Origin: Chiloscyllium plagiosum
Lineage: Eukaryota
Reading direction: 5' to 3'
Assembly (NCBI RefSeq): GCF_004010195.1
Contig: NC_057753.1
Span: forward strand, 12,761,446-12,825,445
Length of the DNA stretch: 64,000 nucleotides
In this document: positions 1 through 12,908 of the stretch, piece after piece
How the letters are laid out: each line of letters begins with the position of its first letter
Numbering within the stretch: the first letter of the stretch is position 1
Notes under the pieces: generated by a model
What the model saw: the letters and a program-made list of their open reading frames with translations, nothing else
The model's database searches: none
Told to the model about the DNA's origin: nothing
Translations under genes and position numbers: made by a program

Positions 1-210
1 TCACAAATCTGTGCTGGCTGTCCCTAATCAAGCAGTGTTTTTCCAGATACTCATAAATCCTATCCCTCAGTAGCCTTTCCATTACTTTGCCTACCACCGA
101 AGTAAGACTAACTGGCCTGTAATTCCCGGGGTTATCCCTATTCCCTTTTTTGAACAGGGGCACAACATTCGCCACTCTCCAGTCCCCTGGTACCACCCCT
201 GTTGACAGTG
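1..210 (-). mobile_element. CR1-type LINE ORF2 (reverse transcriptase N-terminal) fragment
   Basis: The minus strand translates to ..PGDWRVANVVPLFKKGNRDNPGNYRPVSLTSVVGKVMERLLRDRIYEYLEKHCLIRDSQHRFV, the CR1/L2 RT pre-domain motif. Confidence 0.9.
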
Positions 211-294
211 AGATGCACGAGGCATGTCTCGCTATTGTAATGTAAAAATGGAATCGAGATTATCGACGTTAACAGATTAGCAGGTCCACCGACT

Positions 295-3200
295 TGTCAC
301 ACAGCTGGTATTTTTCTCAGAGCTGTTCCTTTTCTCTAGGATACTGTGTCCTTGTTTTTTTTTTATTCAGAGGGGTCATAAAACCCTCTTCACTCCGAGG
401 CGGCCAATTTGGTGTAGATGTGAACAAGGATTTTAAGAGATATTTTGTTCATATGTAAACATGTGAGACTTCAGGCCAAACTGGTCATGTCTTAGAAGTG
501 AACTTATAATGAAAGGGAAGTGGTCTGCTATGCAGCTGTGCAGATCAGTCCAGAACTCGTTCGGAGTCCAGCTGTGTGGAAACAGGCTGCCAAACTCTCT
601 CTCTCCTTCTATCCTTCTAACTTCAACCTGTAAGCAGCTGTTCCATTGTTACAGCTCTATAAAGAAAGACGCATTTTGGGGCTGTTGTTTATACACTGAA
701 CAGTACAATTAGGTCTAGTTTGAATATGCTGAGTTCTGTAGCGCTTCTTTTTTGTGTATGTTTCATTGTGTAATTTTGTGAATAATTTTGTCTGTGTTGA
801 AACCTGGTAATGAAACTAGCTAACATAGTCCAGGTAATTTTCCCTGTCCACTTAACGAAACAAATTGCAAAGGTATGGTCGGGTGTCCCTGCTTAAGCAT
901 ATTTTGAGTGGTCTGGCCTAGTCCATAACAGATTACAGACTCTTTGCGGGATTTTTAAACAGGGAGTGGTAGTTGTCATTGTCTTCATTTCAGGTATTTG
1001 TTTGATTGGGTAGACAAAGTTTGGGATTGTAGTGGCTCTTTCAGTCCTTAAACGCTTTCTGGAAGTGGATGCAGTGACTTTGGAAGTTTTGCAAAACGTG
1101 AATAAGACCAAACTGCAGGAATTAGCAGACCAGCGTGGATTGGACCTGGCTGCTTCTTTGAGGAAACGAGAGGTAATTTACACCAGCAGCTCAGCATTTA
1201 AACTTACTTGAGAAACCATTAGAATGTAGAGGAATGGCAAGAATTCAATTGCAAATGAAGCCGCTTTTGTTAGAGGCAGCAGATAAGGAACGGGCAGCAG
1301 GAGTGAAACAGTTTGAGATCTGATTAAAAGCAGAAGAGAGGGAAAAAAAGAGCAGCAGAAGGGAAAGCAAGTGAGAGAGCTTTTGAACTTGAAAAGCTGG
1401 CACTTCAAAAGGAAAGTCAGCTTAAAAGGCTGGAGATAAAGTCTGAATGAAGGCTTCGTAAGGAAGAGGGTGAGCATGAGAAAGTCCCTGGTAGCCAGGA
1501 GTCGAGTGGGAAACTGTTCAAGTATGTTGACGCATTTCCAACATTTGATGAGAACCATGTGGAAGTCTTTTCATCTCATTTGAAGAGGTGGCAAAACAAA
1601 TGCAGCGGCCAGTGGAAATGTGGGTTTTGATGAACCAAAAAAAAACTTGTAGGTTGCGATCGTGAGGTCTTCAAGTCACTATCAGAGCAGGTATCTGGGG
1701 AATATGAGGAGTTGAAAAAAAGAGTCTGTATTAAGTGCATTTGAGCTTCTAAGAGAAGCCTATAGTCAACGTTTCATGAATCGAAGGAGAGACTCTGGTC
1801 GACCCAACGTTGATTTTAAAAGGATTAAACAGGGCAAATTCGACAGATGGATAAGGTCTTAAAAACAGAGCAAATGCATGATGTCCTTAGGTAATTATTT
1901 TGGCGGAATTCAAAAACTCATTGTCTGATGTAGTGCAAACTCATGTGGATGAGTAGAGAATTAAAACAGGAAGTTTCGCAGCTGAAGTGGCTGATGATTT
2001 TGTGCTGGTCCATAAAACAAAAACGGTTTGACTTCCACAATCAAATTCATTCCATGCAGGATAGAAACTGGGGCAAAGAGACATCCTCATGTGGAAACGG
2101 AAAGGTAGATCTCAGGAAAGAACATAAGGATAACTTACCAACGGGGGGAAAAAAACCTTGAGGGGGACAAATAAGTTAAAAAGCTTCGGTGATTTCATTG
2201 TAATAAATTGGGCCGCACAAAATCACAGTGTCGGTGGTCTCGCAGAAAGCCAGATGTAGAAAATCTAGACAAGCCTGGTAGCTTTGTTGGACTAGTAACA
2301 AAAAGCACAAGGGAAGTTAGGCAACTACCTCAGAGAGTACAAGATGATCAGAGGTTGATTAAGAGGGAAAAGCCCGATCTGCTTAAAAATACATGAAGGC
2401 TAAGGTTTATTCACATAACCACGAGTGTAGGTAGAGAGGTTTCAATATTAAGAGACATCAGATCCACTCAGAATGTGATGCTTAAGGATAAACATTTATG
2501 CACTCCTGCGGGATGTGCCCAAGACCTTTCCAGAGGCAATCTTATTATGCAAGTTCACAGCTAAAAAGAGTTGTAGAGGAATTATTCATTTTTCTTAAAT
2601 AGCTGCAGACGACCAATCAGATCCAGTCAGATTAATGATCAATCTACACATCCAAACCATTCAAGGAGGTTAAGGATAACTTGGGATTAAAGCAATTCAA
2701 ATCTAATTTGTACCATCCAGTATCGCAGGGAGCGCTAGAGAGATGGCATCAAACACTAAAGACCATGTTGAAGATTTAGTCAGGATTATCCAAATGATTG
2801 GGATAAGGCAGATCCCTTTGTACTTCTTGCAATCACAGGTGCACCAAATGAATCAACCAAATTCAGTCAATTTGAATTAATTTTTGGATATTAAGTCAGA
2901 GGACCGTTAAAATTGATTAAGGTGAAATTAATAAAACCAAATTCAGAGACCGCCCATTTTGGCAATGTTTCAAATTTTATAGTGGTTACATAGATTTGGA
3001 GAGTTGGATACACAGCATTTACAAGTATCACAGCATAATATTAAACAGGAAGCGGATAAGAAGTCACAAATTCATAATTTTGCAATTGGGGATAAGGCAA
3101 GAAGCGAGCCTTTAAACGCAAGGTTTGGTGGACAGTATCAATTCGAGATCAAATTGAGTGAGGTGAAATCCTTGATATGGACACCAGACAGAAATAAATC

Positions 3201-5921
3201 TCACAGAGTGTGTCCTGAAGATGCTCAAAAGATATTTTGATAGGGAAGGAAAACAAGAGGAAAATGGGCTCATAACTGCAGCATGGAAGGAAAAACCAGG
3301 TTCAGAGAACTCTGAATTGGACATTCATCAAATCAAATTGAACAATGAGTTCTTTGTTAAAAATTCGGATAAATTATTGAGCTACTTTCCATAAGAAAAT
3401 CGAAATAATTTGAAAGAGCAATTGCTATCATATGGACAGATAATTGTCAATGATGTAGATATGGGAGATGCTGTTCCAATTAATTAACATCCTTAGTTGG
3501 ATAACCCGCTAAAGTTGGCATCGACTCAGAAGGAGATAGAACACATGTTCCAAGATGGCGCAATCGAAGTGAGTTACAGTGACTGGAGCTCACCCATTGG
3601 CATGGTGCCAATGCCAGATGAAACGCAATGGTTATTTGTGGACTATTGCAAAGTCAACAACGTTACAGAGACTGATGTATATCGAATTCCATCACTGGAG
3701 GACTGTGTCAAAAAAGTGAGACAAGCAACTTATAATTCTAAGTTGGACTTGCTCAGAGGCTACTTGTATGGAAGTTATTATGGTAGTAATGTAGCTAACT
3801 TAACATTGACATGTATACCTGGAATCATGTTACAGATACTGGTAGTGCATTGTAATAGGTTCGTTAAATCACAGGGAGATGACCTAATGCTGAAGATGAT
3901 TGTGTTAGAATATGATAGCTTAAGTGTGATGGATGTGACCAGTGTGGCAGACGATGATTAGTTCAGAAAGACAAAGCGAGCCAGCGTGATTGGTTATGCT
4001 AATATTGTCTGATAAGCGCGGGAAGATCAACTGTGTAAGTTGCAGAAGAACAAGGAGTTTGTGGGAGTCAGGGAAGACATTTTACTGGCTCCCACAGCTT
4101 GGATTTTGCAAGATTAATGTTTGATTTCGTGAAGCATTTTCTGTGTCTCTTGGCAATTTTATATATAACTTTTTTTATATAATCCTTCCACAGCACTAAC
4201 AAGTACTCTTTCAGAGAGACCAAAGGCAATTACGGTTTCTGTAGCACCAAATGAATTATACCAATTCAAAGACATGCCAAATGGTACGAAAAACGCAACA
4301 GCCACATTTCAGAGACTAACTAATAAGCTCATTGCGGGATTACCTAATTTTGTTTACATTGATGACCTAATGGCTTTTAGTCACTCATGGAAGGAACAGT
4401 TACAGCATTTATCAGACCTGTTCGATCAACTTTAGATGGTACGTTGGGTGATAAACCGAGCTAAATGTTGATGTGCCAAAGCCTAAGTCATCTTCCTGGG
4501 TCATGTTATTGAACATGGACAAGTGGTCATACAGGATGAGAAGTCGAAAGTAATTGGGGAATTTCCCATACCGACGACAATATGAGCAGTACTATGGCTT
4601 TGGGAGAGAGTGAAGTTTACCAAACGTTCATGCCAAACTTTAGCAGTGTAGCTCCTCCACTCACCGAATTGTTAAAAAAAGGGCAAGAAGTTTCAATGGG
4701 CAGCGACTGTCAAAGGCATTTGACAGCCTAAAAACTATGTTAACCAACCAGATTACACGAAGCCTTTCAAGGTGGCTATTGATGCCAAAGATGTGGGTGT
4801 CAGTGCGGTGCTCCTGCAGGAAGATGACGAGGGAATAGGAAGACCCACCGGATAATTTTCCAGGAAGACGAGCGTTCGCCAACAAAAGTATTCAATGGTA
4901 GATGAAGAGACGTTGATCTTGTTATTGACATTACAACATTTTAGTGTTTATGTTACCAGCAATGAATCTGAGAAATCGGGATACACTGATCATAATCCGT
5001 TGACATTTGTGGAAAAATGTAAGGACAGAAGTGCCAGACGACATAGATGGAGCTTGTTGTTGCAGCCATTAAATTTGACAATTGGGTATATAGCAGGTAT
5101 TTAAAACGTTATCAGCGATGTATTATCCAGATTCAAACGAGCTACGTCGGTGTTCGGTCCCAAGTGTGTCACGGCCTGAAGTCACGTGTTTTTGTGCATG
5201 TCTGCATGTGTATAGTTATTATAGTGTGTCTGTGCGTTTTAGATTACTAACCAGCTTGTTTTTGCGGGTCTTTAAAAATGAAGCCATCTTTGGACATTGA
5301 TAGTGCTATTTTTAAAGGGGGTTGGTGGTACGAAGCTGGTACTTTTCTCATGGATATATGTTCTTGATTTTTTCAGGGGAGTTATAAAATCCTTCCGGCT
5401 CTGAGTTTGGTAGTTTGGTTAAGAGATAAAAAAAAAATTCGAGAGGCCTATTTTTTATATTTAAACCAATAAGACTTCCTGCCAAAGTGGTCATGTTTTA
5501 GAAGTGATCAGTATAATGAAAGGGGAGTGGTCAGCTACCTAGCTGAGCTGTTCAGTCCACAACTCGTTACGAGTTCAGCTGTGTGGAAACAAGCTACTAA
5601 ACTCTTTTTCACCTCTGTCCTTCTAACGTCTGCCTGGACACGTTTATCCAATTTTTTAAACTTACTTTGTTAGGTTTACTTATTAGGACTGTTGTGTTTG
5701 TTCGGAATAGCATAATTAAGTCTACTTTGGATAGACTGAGTTATTTATGTTTCATCGTGCAATTTTGTGAATAACGTTTTGTCGGTTTTAAACCCTGGTA
5801 GTCAAACTAACTAACTTACTCCGGGTAATTTTCACTGTAAACTTACTGAAACAAATTGCAATATTATGGTCTGGGCTGCCTGCTTAAGAATGTTTTGAGA
5901 GGTCTGGCCGAGTCGATAACA
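295..5921 (+). mobile_element. Decayed Gmr1-like Gypsy LTR retrotransposon (gag-PR-IN-RT-RH)
   Basis: 5' LTR 295-930 (TGTCAC..CATAACA) and 3' LTR 5326-5921 (TGGTAC..GATAACA) align. Purine tract ~5314-5325; probable 4-bp TSD GACT/TACT. Relic domains: gag with knuckle (*FHCNKLGRTKSQC, ~2190-2232), protease ILRDT (~2445), integrase (FPEAI, YHPVSQGALERWHQTLKTML, ~2520-3240), RT (SDWSSP, KLDLLRGY, YIDD at 4355-4366), RNase H (YSMVDEETL, TDHNPL, ~4760-5120). Many stops and frameshifts. Confidence 0.9.
3765..4195 (+). mobile_element. Solo LTR inserted into the RT of the Gmr1-like element; same family as the LTR at 56656-57090
   Basis: Interrupts RT between DLLRGY and QV; TG...CA termini. Colinear with the reverse complement of 56656-57090 (ACCAGTGTGGCAGACGATGATTAGTTCAGAAAGACAAAGC vs ACCAGTGTGGCAGACGATGAATAGTTTAGAAAGACAAAGC). 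TSD not cleanly resolvable. Confidence 0.85.
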
Positions 5922-6508
5922 TACTCCTATTGCATGAACCACAAGACGTGATCTCAAATTATGTGCAGTTAATTATGTCAGCTTTTTCCTGTCCAATATC
6001 TGGTCGGTTTCTGAGGCAGAGAAATATCTCTCGCATTTCAGTGCAGAAGTGATGTGGCTGTATCTTCTCGAGATAGTCTGAATGACTATGATTGTTGGTA
6101 ATTTGGCATTTTAAACTGGCTAGGTAAGGATGAAATTTGATTAAAAAGAATTTGATTCACTGTTTGTTTTCTTCCTTATTCTATGTTGCTTTCCCGTAGT
6201 CGTAATGTGTTCATTAACGTTTGAATGTAAACTTAGGTCAGATATTCTGTGCAGCTATTCTGCCACAAAACGTCTAATTTTTGCAATGGCATGAATTCCC
6301 TCTTCGCATATTTGAAGGACATTCCAAAACCACACGATATAAATAGAGCCGAAGAATTAACCTCCAATGCTGTGTCTATTACTCTGTTTGTTAAATATTT
6401 GGATACGTTTCACCTCAGTGCTTTTCAAGAAAACATTTAGAAAGACATTCTTTTCCAGCTTGCACGAACCTCCCCCGCTATTCACGGCAGCTTGCCTTAT
6501 GTCGGCAG

Positions 6509-6547
6509 TGTTTTTGTACGAAGTTCCTTCTGTTTTTTGGCACTGTG
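6509..6547 (-). other. 23-bp-spacer recombination signal sequence
   Basis: CACAGTG (6547-6541), 23 nt, ACAAAAACA (6517-6509). Confidence 0.95.
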
Positions 6548-7008
6548 TCACTCAGCCCACAGTAATACACCGCGCTGTCAGAGAATCGCAGCTCACTGAT
6601 GGTGAAATTTCCGTCATTTTTCGAAGTGTCCAGAGATGCAGAAAACCCAGATCGCAAGCCATTGGCTCTGAAAATATTTCCATATTTAGAGATGTAGATC
6701 AAGAATGTTGGGGTTTTACCAGGGTCTTCACGGTACAGTTGCAAGTAATATGAATCAGCTACTTTGACCGAAAATCTACAGTTAATGGTCGCTGAGTCTC
6801 CCTCAAACAGCTTTGCTGCAGAAGGCTGCTGTAATACTGAGTCTGCACAATAGGTACCTGCAAAGTAGCAGAATATTTGGAATCAGAAAGAAGCAGTTAT
6901 ACGAAATTATCCTGTCACAAAATCATGAGTTAATATTTTGTAACTGATGAACCTACCAGTTAAGAGAGATGCAACTGTCATTAATGTGTAAAAAGTAACA
7001 GGAAACAT
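6548..7008 (-). CDS. TCR alpha/delta V gene segment, open reading frame but Trp41->Leu; leader exon 7008-6957, V exon 6857-6548
   Basis: Leader MFPVTFYTLMTVASLLT(G), GTAGGT donor, CAG acceptor, phase 1. V reads TYCADSVLQQPSAAKLFEGDSATINCRFSVKVADSYYLQLYREDPGKTPTFLIYISKYGNIFRANGLRSGFSASLDTSKNDGNFTISELRFSDSAVYYCGLS with no stops, directly followed by an RSS. Confidence 0.9.
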
Positions 7009-7679
7009 GTTTGCAGAGTTGATACTGTTCTGGGCACAAGGAGCTGAAGCCGACGTATTTCAAGTTAGAGCTGATAGCGGACTTGCACAGACAAAGCTGA
7101 AGAAATATGTTTTCAACTCAGAACGGACGGTGGGTTTGTGAGAGGAAACTGAATTACTTCACTTCCGAGGTGACAGTAGGTTTGAAAAAGAAGGACGTTA
7201 AACGGAAACATTTTTTTTCTCAGAGTCGAGGAAATGTTGTGTTAGAAATAGATTTCCTGTTGATTGGATCATTGTTGATAGAGTCAGCAGTTGACACCGT
7301 ATCAGCTTTCATCTTGTTTGTTATCCAGTCCATGACAACAGAGAATTATCAAAACAACAGTAAGAAAAGGACCAAGAGGAGACCAGTTAGAGTTATGAAA
7401 GTGTTTCTTTATTCAATAACTTTGATTTGATTCATATCCATTTTTCTGTAGTGACTCCTACTCTTTTAGTTCTATTCATGTCCAACAAGTGAGCGACATC
7501 AGTTTGAAATAGGTTTGGCAAGTGAACAACTATTACTTTTTGGGGTGTAGCATAGCAATCGAAGAAGTACGATATTCAATTCTGGCCATTTAACGCAGCC
7601 AGAATTTGGTTTGCGTGATTCATACGTGAGAGTTGTATCAGTGCCAGAATTGCCCGCTGACCATTAATAATTCACATAA

Positions 7680-8860
7680 TTGATTTTTTTGTAGAAGTAA
7701 CAAAGAGTAAGGCGTACGTCAAAGATCTTCATGGGAGACTTGTTAGCAAGGTTTGATTTCATGGAATACAGGGAAAAGAGGCATGCACATACAGAACTGG
7801 CTCAAAGGTAGAAGACAGGGTGGTGGTGGATCGTTGTTTTTCTTTTCAGATTGGAGGCCTGTTGCCAATGCAATGCCACAACTATCAGTGCTGGGTCGAC
7901 TAGATTAGTTATTTATATAAATCATTTGGATGCGAGGTTACGAGGTATAGTTGGTAAGTTTGCATATGGTACCAAACTTGGAAGTTTTGCAGATAGCGAA
8001 GAAGGTTACCTCGGATTACAACGGGATCTTGATCAGATGAGCCAGTGGGCTGAGAAATGGCAGATGGAGTTTAATTTAGATAAATGCAAGATGCTGCATT
8101 TTTGGGAACACAAATCTTAGCAGAACTTACACACTTAATGGGAAGGTCTGAGGGAGTGTTGCTTAACAAAGAAACTTTGGAGTGCAGATTCATAGTTTCT
8201 TGAAAGTAGAGTCGCACGTATGCAGGATAGTGAAGAATGTGTTTGGTATGCTTTCCTTTATTGGTTAGAGTATTGAGTACAAAAGTTGGGACATCATGTT
8301 GTGGCTTTACAGGATATTGGTTCGACCACTTTTGGAACATTGCGAGCAATTCTGATTCTTATCAAATTGATATGAAACTTCAGAGGGTTCAGAAAAGATT
8401 CAAAAGGATGTTGCAAGAGTTGGAAGATTTGAGATGTATAGAGAGGTTGAATAAGCTAATGTTATTTTCCCTGGAGCGTTGGAGGCTGAGGGGTGATCTT
8501 ATAATGGTGTATAAAATCATCAAGGGCATACATAGGGTAAATAGACAAAGACTTTTCCCTGGGGTGCGGGAGTCCAGGACTAGAAGGCATTGGTTTAGGG
8601 TGAGAGGGGAAAGATACAACAGAGACCTATGCAGCATTTTTCTCGCACGTAGGGCGGTGTGTGTGTGGAATTGACTTCCAGAGGAAGTCGCTACAACAAT
8701 TGCAACATTTAAAATGAAGTGTATAAGAATAGGAACGGTTTGGAGGGATATGGGACGGGTGCTGCAGGTCGGACTAGGTTGGGTTGGAATATCCGGTCGG
8801 CATGGACGAGTTAGACCTAAGTGTCTGTTTCTGTGCTGTATACCTCTATGCCTGTATGAC
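7680..8860 (+). mobile_element. CR1-type LINE 3' portion
   Basis: RT C-terminal relics (VGKFAYGTKL, WAEKWQMEFNLDKC, LFSLERWRLRGDLI), then the 3' UTR and a (CTATG)-type tail near 8845-8860. Confidence 0.88.
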
Positions 8861-9960
8861 TTCATAATCATTCTAATGAGCGACATTGTATGGAATAACA
8901 CAGATTCTACACCATGGTATAACATCTCTTCGGCAAGTACTCCTTTCAATGTGGTTTTGATTTTATTGACAATTCGCCACAGAATTACTGATACGATTCT
9001 GAGAAATAATTTGAAAGTGTTTTGTTTGTTTTGTTACGGTCTCACTGATTCTTGGTTCAGTGTAGATCTCAGCTTATATGATAGTTGGCAGAGTCTGAAA
9101 CACACTCTCTACTTGAAGAGAAAATTCAAATATTTCAAAATTATTCTCCTATACAATGAACAAATGAATGTTGTGGGGAATACGATAATAAATGTATGTT
9201 TCTCTGAAAAGTTAGTTAAGGAAATTAACAGCAGTTTGCCAAGCTTAATCTTAATTACAATGTTAATTCCTGAAGTCCCTTTGAGATTATACTTCCGTAA
9301 AGTGTGGCTCAGTGAATAGCCATCAGATTCTGAAAATTTGAAGATAAAACTAATTAATTGATTTGTCTCGTGCATCTGAAAAGAATCATCAGGAACAGCA
9401 AAGTATGGCCATTTGGCCCTTCAGTCTTGTTCTGTTCCTGAAGAGTTAATGACATAAACTTCATTTCCCTGAATGTCCAATAAAACGTTTCTGCATCGCG
9501 GATCAAAACTCTGTCCAACTAATTCCTGATACTTTAATCGCCGAACTTCTTCTGGTCTATGCGAATAGGACTTCAAAAGACTCAAAATCCTCTGACACAA
9601 GGGTAGTACGCTCATATCTTCATCTTCACTGGAAGGCCACGAGAATTTATACATTTCATATAGCCTGATAAGTGAAAAATTAAACATATCGTCAACATGG
9701 TCAAGGCCATTAAGGATGTGTCAGGTTTGATACAGATCACAATTCATTCTCCTAATTGTCTCCGAATGGAGCCAATAATGTATGCATTGAATCTAGAATT
9801 AAAGTCACTGTCCATTGGCATACTTCCAGCAATGACGACCATTCGCTAGAAGAAGAGAAAGTGTTCGAAAAAGGCACATTCCCCATATCAATTCTCATTT
9901 TCTTGGGAATTCAGTGCCGAATATTTTGCCGATACAGGTTCATAATTGTTGACTACTGCG

Positions 9961-10473
9961 TGTTTTTGTCCGTCTTCCCCGGGACATTCATTCACAATGG
10001 GTCTCAGCGTGCAGCATCACACACTGTCTGTCAATGTCATATCTTTCATGGACAAGTGAAAAGTCAATCATTTCAGGTAGAGGTACTCGTTGAAATGTTC
10101 AAAGCTGGGAGCCATCAGACTACATCCATATCTCTCTGCTTTGAGCAAGTTGAGGAGTTTGCTGTAAATAATGAAGATAGCAAAAGTGAGGACACTGTGT
10201 AGTTTAACTCGAAACGATTTGGGCGCATTTTTTTCGGTTTATGTTTACATTAAATGTACCAACTGTGATTTTCTATTTGGACTTTGAATCTCTGGTACAC
10301 AAATCGAAAATAACCAGCACACAGACCTTGTATTAGTGAGACGAAGAGAAAGAAAATGATCACTTCGAGATTAAATTGACGGGTAACACGAGGATTGGGG
10401 ACTTGAAACTAGACATCAACAGAACAGACCAATAACCATGACAATAACAGAGACCGGCAGAATTAACACACAT
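9961..10473 (-). pseudogene. TCR V pseudogene (highly decayed)
   Basis: 3' end reads FHLSMKDMTLTDSV*CCTLRP, followed by CATTGTG (9999-9993), 23 nt, ACAAAAACA (9969-9961). LNYT at the Cys23 position (~10200). Tentative frameshifted leader LILPVSVIVMVIG at ~10473-10430. Confidence 0.65.
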
Positions 10474-10814
10474 GATTCAAGTCTGAACTCCAGAAATAGA
10501 GGCGGTAGTCATATGTGCAAATCTGCAATGGGCAGATTTATCAAATTGAAACAGCCCAGGAGTGTGACATGATTGGATGGGATTTTACCTTCTTATCCAT
10601 TTTAACGTCTGCACACTGTCAATTTATTTCGGACTGGATGTGACAATTCTGAACAAATAAGCGGATGGCATCTTCTTGTCGCAAACAGACCACGTTGGAA
10701 ACTAGGTCAGAAAAAAACACTTATGCAGGAATATGCAAATCACAAAGCACGTACAAATAAAACGCCAAATGCGTTATGTAAACAATTGAAGTTAGTTCGC
10801 TTGAGATTATCCCA

Positions 10815-11025
10815 TAGTCAAACCATGTGCATGTTTGGTGGTTTGGCCACGTAAAATTGCCAATAATATCCAGTGACACGCAGGTTATCGACATGAGCCA
10901 CGGGACGTTTAGGGTTGTCAGGATGAGGTGGGTCTGGATAGGATGCTCTTTGGAGGTTTCTTGTGGAGTGGTGTGGCTGAAGGGCTGCAATAGTTTTCCC
11001 GACTATCGGGATTCTCTGTCATTCT
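10815..11025 (+). mobile_element. Degraded HE1/V-SINE-like element (3' part)
   Basis: Resembles the SINE body at 14450-14722 (TTGGCCACGTAAAATTGCC, GAAGGGC..GATTCT tail). Confidence 0.6.
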
Positions 11026-11336
11026 CTGAAATCAGAATAGATTTATTAAGCCAGAGGTTTGGCCGAGTTTGGCTGTGAGCACCACAAGCAGTAATTGAGG
11101 AGAACAGCAAAGAGGCATTGAAACGTACACAACTTGTAACCAAAGAGAGATAAGTGTTAGAATTTGAGGTTCAAGAGGAAACGTGTTTTGTTGCTGCTGC
11201 ATTTTTTGATGCACGCAGACATGGGATTGATTGTCAATAGAGTTTCCTTGTGCTCACATTCCTACCTACTTTTCAAGATTATTGAATCTGAACTCTCACA
11301 ATCAATTGATTGCTTATTTGGTATTTCTTAAACAAG

Positions 11337-11683
11337 CGTTTCAAATCTGAACAACGGATAATCTATTACAAAGTGGAATTCCTTACTCACACAAACAGGG
11401 AGGAGATATTACTTTAAACTACAACTACACTGGCAATGTTTATTCGTTGTCATGGTACTGTCAATACCCAGGGACACAGCTGAAGTTCGAAGTTCGGAGG
11501 TAAACAAGCGACAGGGGTTCATTTCAAGTGGATTTCGCTCGGACCTGGCTTTTTCATTCTGTCCAGTTAACGTCGGTATACCGATTGACAATATTAGAAT
11601 TGCTGCTGTCTGAAAATGCGGCCTACTACTGTGCAATTTAGTTTTACAAAGATGGGAACGAGCAGAAACCTCCAACAATAGCT
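11337..11683 (+). pseudogene. TCR alpha-type V pseudogene with degenerate RSS
   Basis: A single frame reads TTDNLLQSGIPYSHKQGGDITLNYNYTGNVYSLSWYCQYPGTQLKFEVRR*TSDRGSFQVDFARTWLFHSVQLTSVYRLTILELLLSENAAYYCAI, with Cys23->Tyr and in-frame stops. RSS TACAAAG (11645-11651), 23 nt, ACAATAGCT. Leader not securely located. Confidence 0.85.
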
Positions 11684-12908
11684 GCCACACGTTTCTAGGT
11701 CGCAGCTGTTGTCAATTCATGTCTGTTTAGAACAGCTGGTCACATACAGTGTGGCGTACTCAAAGACCAATCGCATATTGTACGTCGTACTCAAAGACCA
11801 AGCACAATAAAGAACAATAACATGTGAAATCATTCACATTGAACACTGATTGTCATCATTTATGGACTGTCTGACGATGGAGAATCCTGCTGTGAATTTG
11901 GGGAATTCTGAGAGTTACCCACTTTCATTGAGAGTAGACAATTCTGCAGCTGTTCTGAAAGTATTCTGTGAATTCTTGTTTCGAACACTAATGAATAACT
12001 TACAGCAAATGAATAAATATTTTTCGGTTGGAGGCATTAGTATTTGACCAGTTTAATAATATTCGCAACTAAACTAACCCGATTTAATACGGCTCAATGT
12101 TAAAGGCACTTGCACACATCGAAAAGTACGAATCCATTCTATAAACAGGAGAAAATGGAATGCTTTAAAGCAGGATCAGACACTGGTGACCAACGTTAAA
12201 TGGAAAAGTGATGAATAAAGACGGTCGTTGTGTGTTCTGAGTACAAAAACAGATTGCCAAAAAGCCAATTTAATACAAAAACCAAAGTGTGAAAACGACA
12301 TGAACATGTTTGCGTGATTTTAGTAAAAACACTTTGTGATATCTGAAACAATTGACTGCAACTCCAAAAAGATGCAAAGTCTTCGTTCTCTTTGCCAGAA
12401 ATTTCTATAGTATTATACTGCATACCTATTTCTGCATTTACCTGTTGTCTGAATAAAGTAGCCAACACAGTCCCAGAGAACTACAAGACTTATCACCTCT
12501 CAAAAAGACAACTGCTGTTCACTTCTCCTGAGGGTCACCATGCCTGAGGTTGAGAAGAGGCAGTTTGTGAGTTAAGCCAGTACGGGAATTAAAGCGACAT
12601 TTTTGCCATCATTATGCATCAAATTTCACTTGTCTAGCCAAATGAACTTTGGTTTCTGCACCATCGTGAAAGATTGAATGAGAATGCCAGATATTTCCGT
12701 CAGCATTTGTGTCTTAATATTTCTATCTTATCATCAGGAAGACATTCGCTCATCAGATCTTAGAAATTGTGTTCAGAATAGATTCGAGCTTGAGAGAATC
12801 GAGAAGACTTTCCAGAATGTTGTATCTGTTGCTCCAGGCTTTCCAACGATTTAGATTAATTCTAAACAAGTACAGTTTGGTAATATTCATAAACTCGTCA
12901 CTTCTCCT

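Noticed and set aside
5922-6508. D/J segments or a NAR-TCR V-D-J cassette downstream of the Leu41 V
   Set aside because: No 12-spacer RSS or FGxG/WGxG motif found by eye. Every well-preserved V here has its own leader, so there is no evidence for leaderless supporting V-delta, IgNAR-like or IgH-like V segments.
8714-9319. 201-aa ORF, and most other listed ORFs
   Set aside because: They start in or overlap repeats or antisense strands and have no recognisable domain; ORFs at 23202-23750 are artefacts of the N run.
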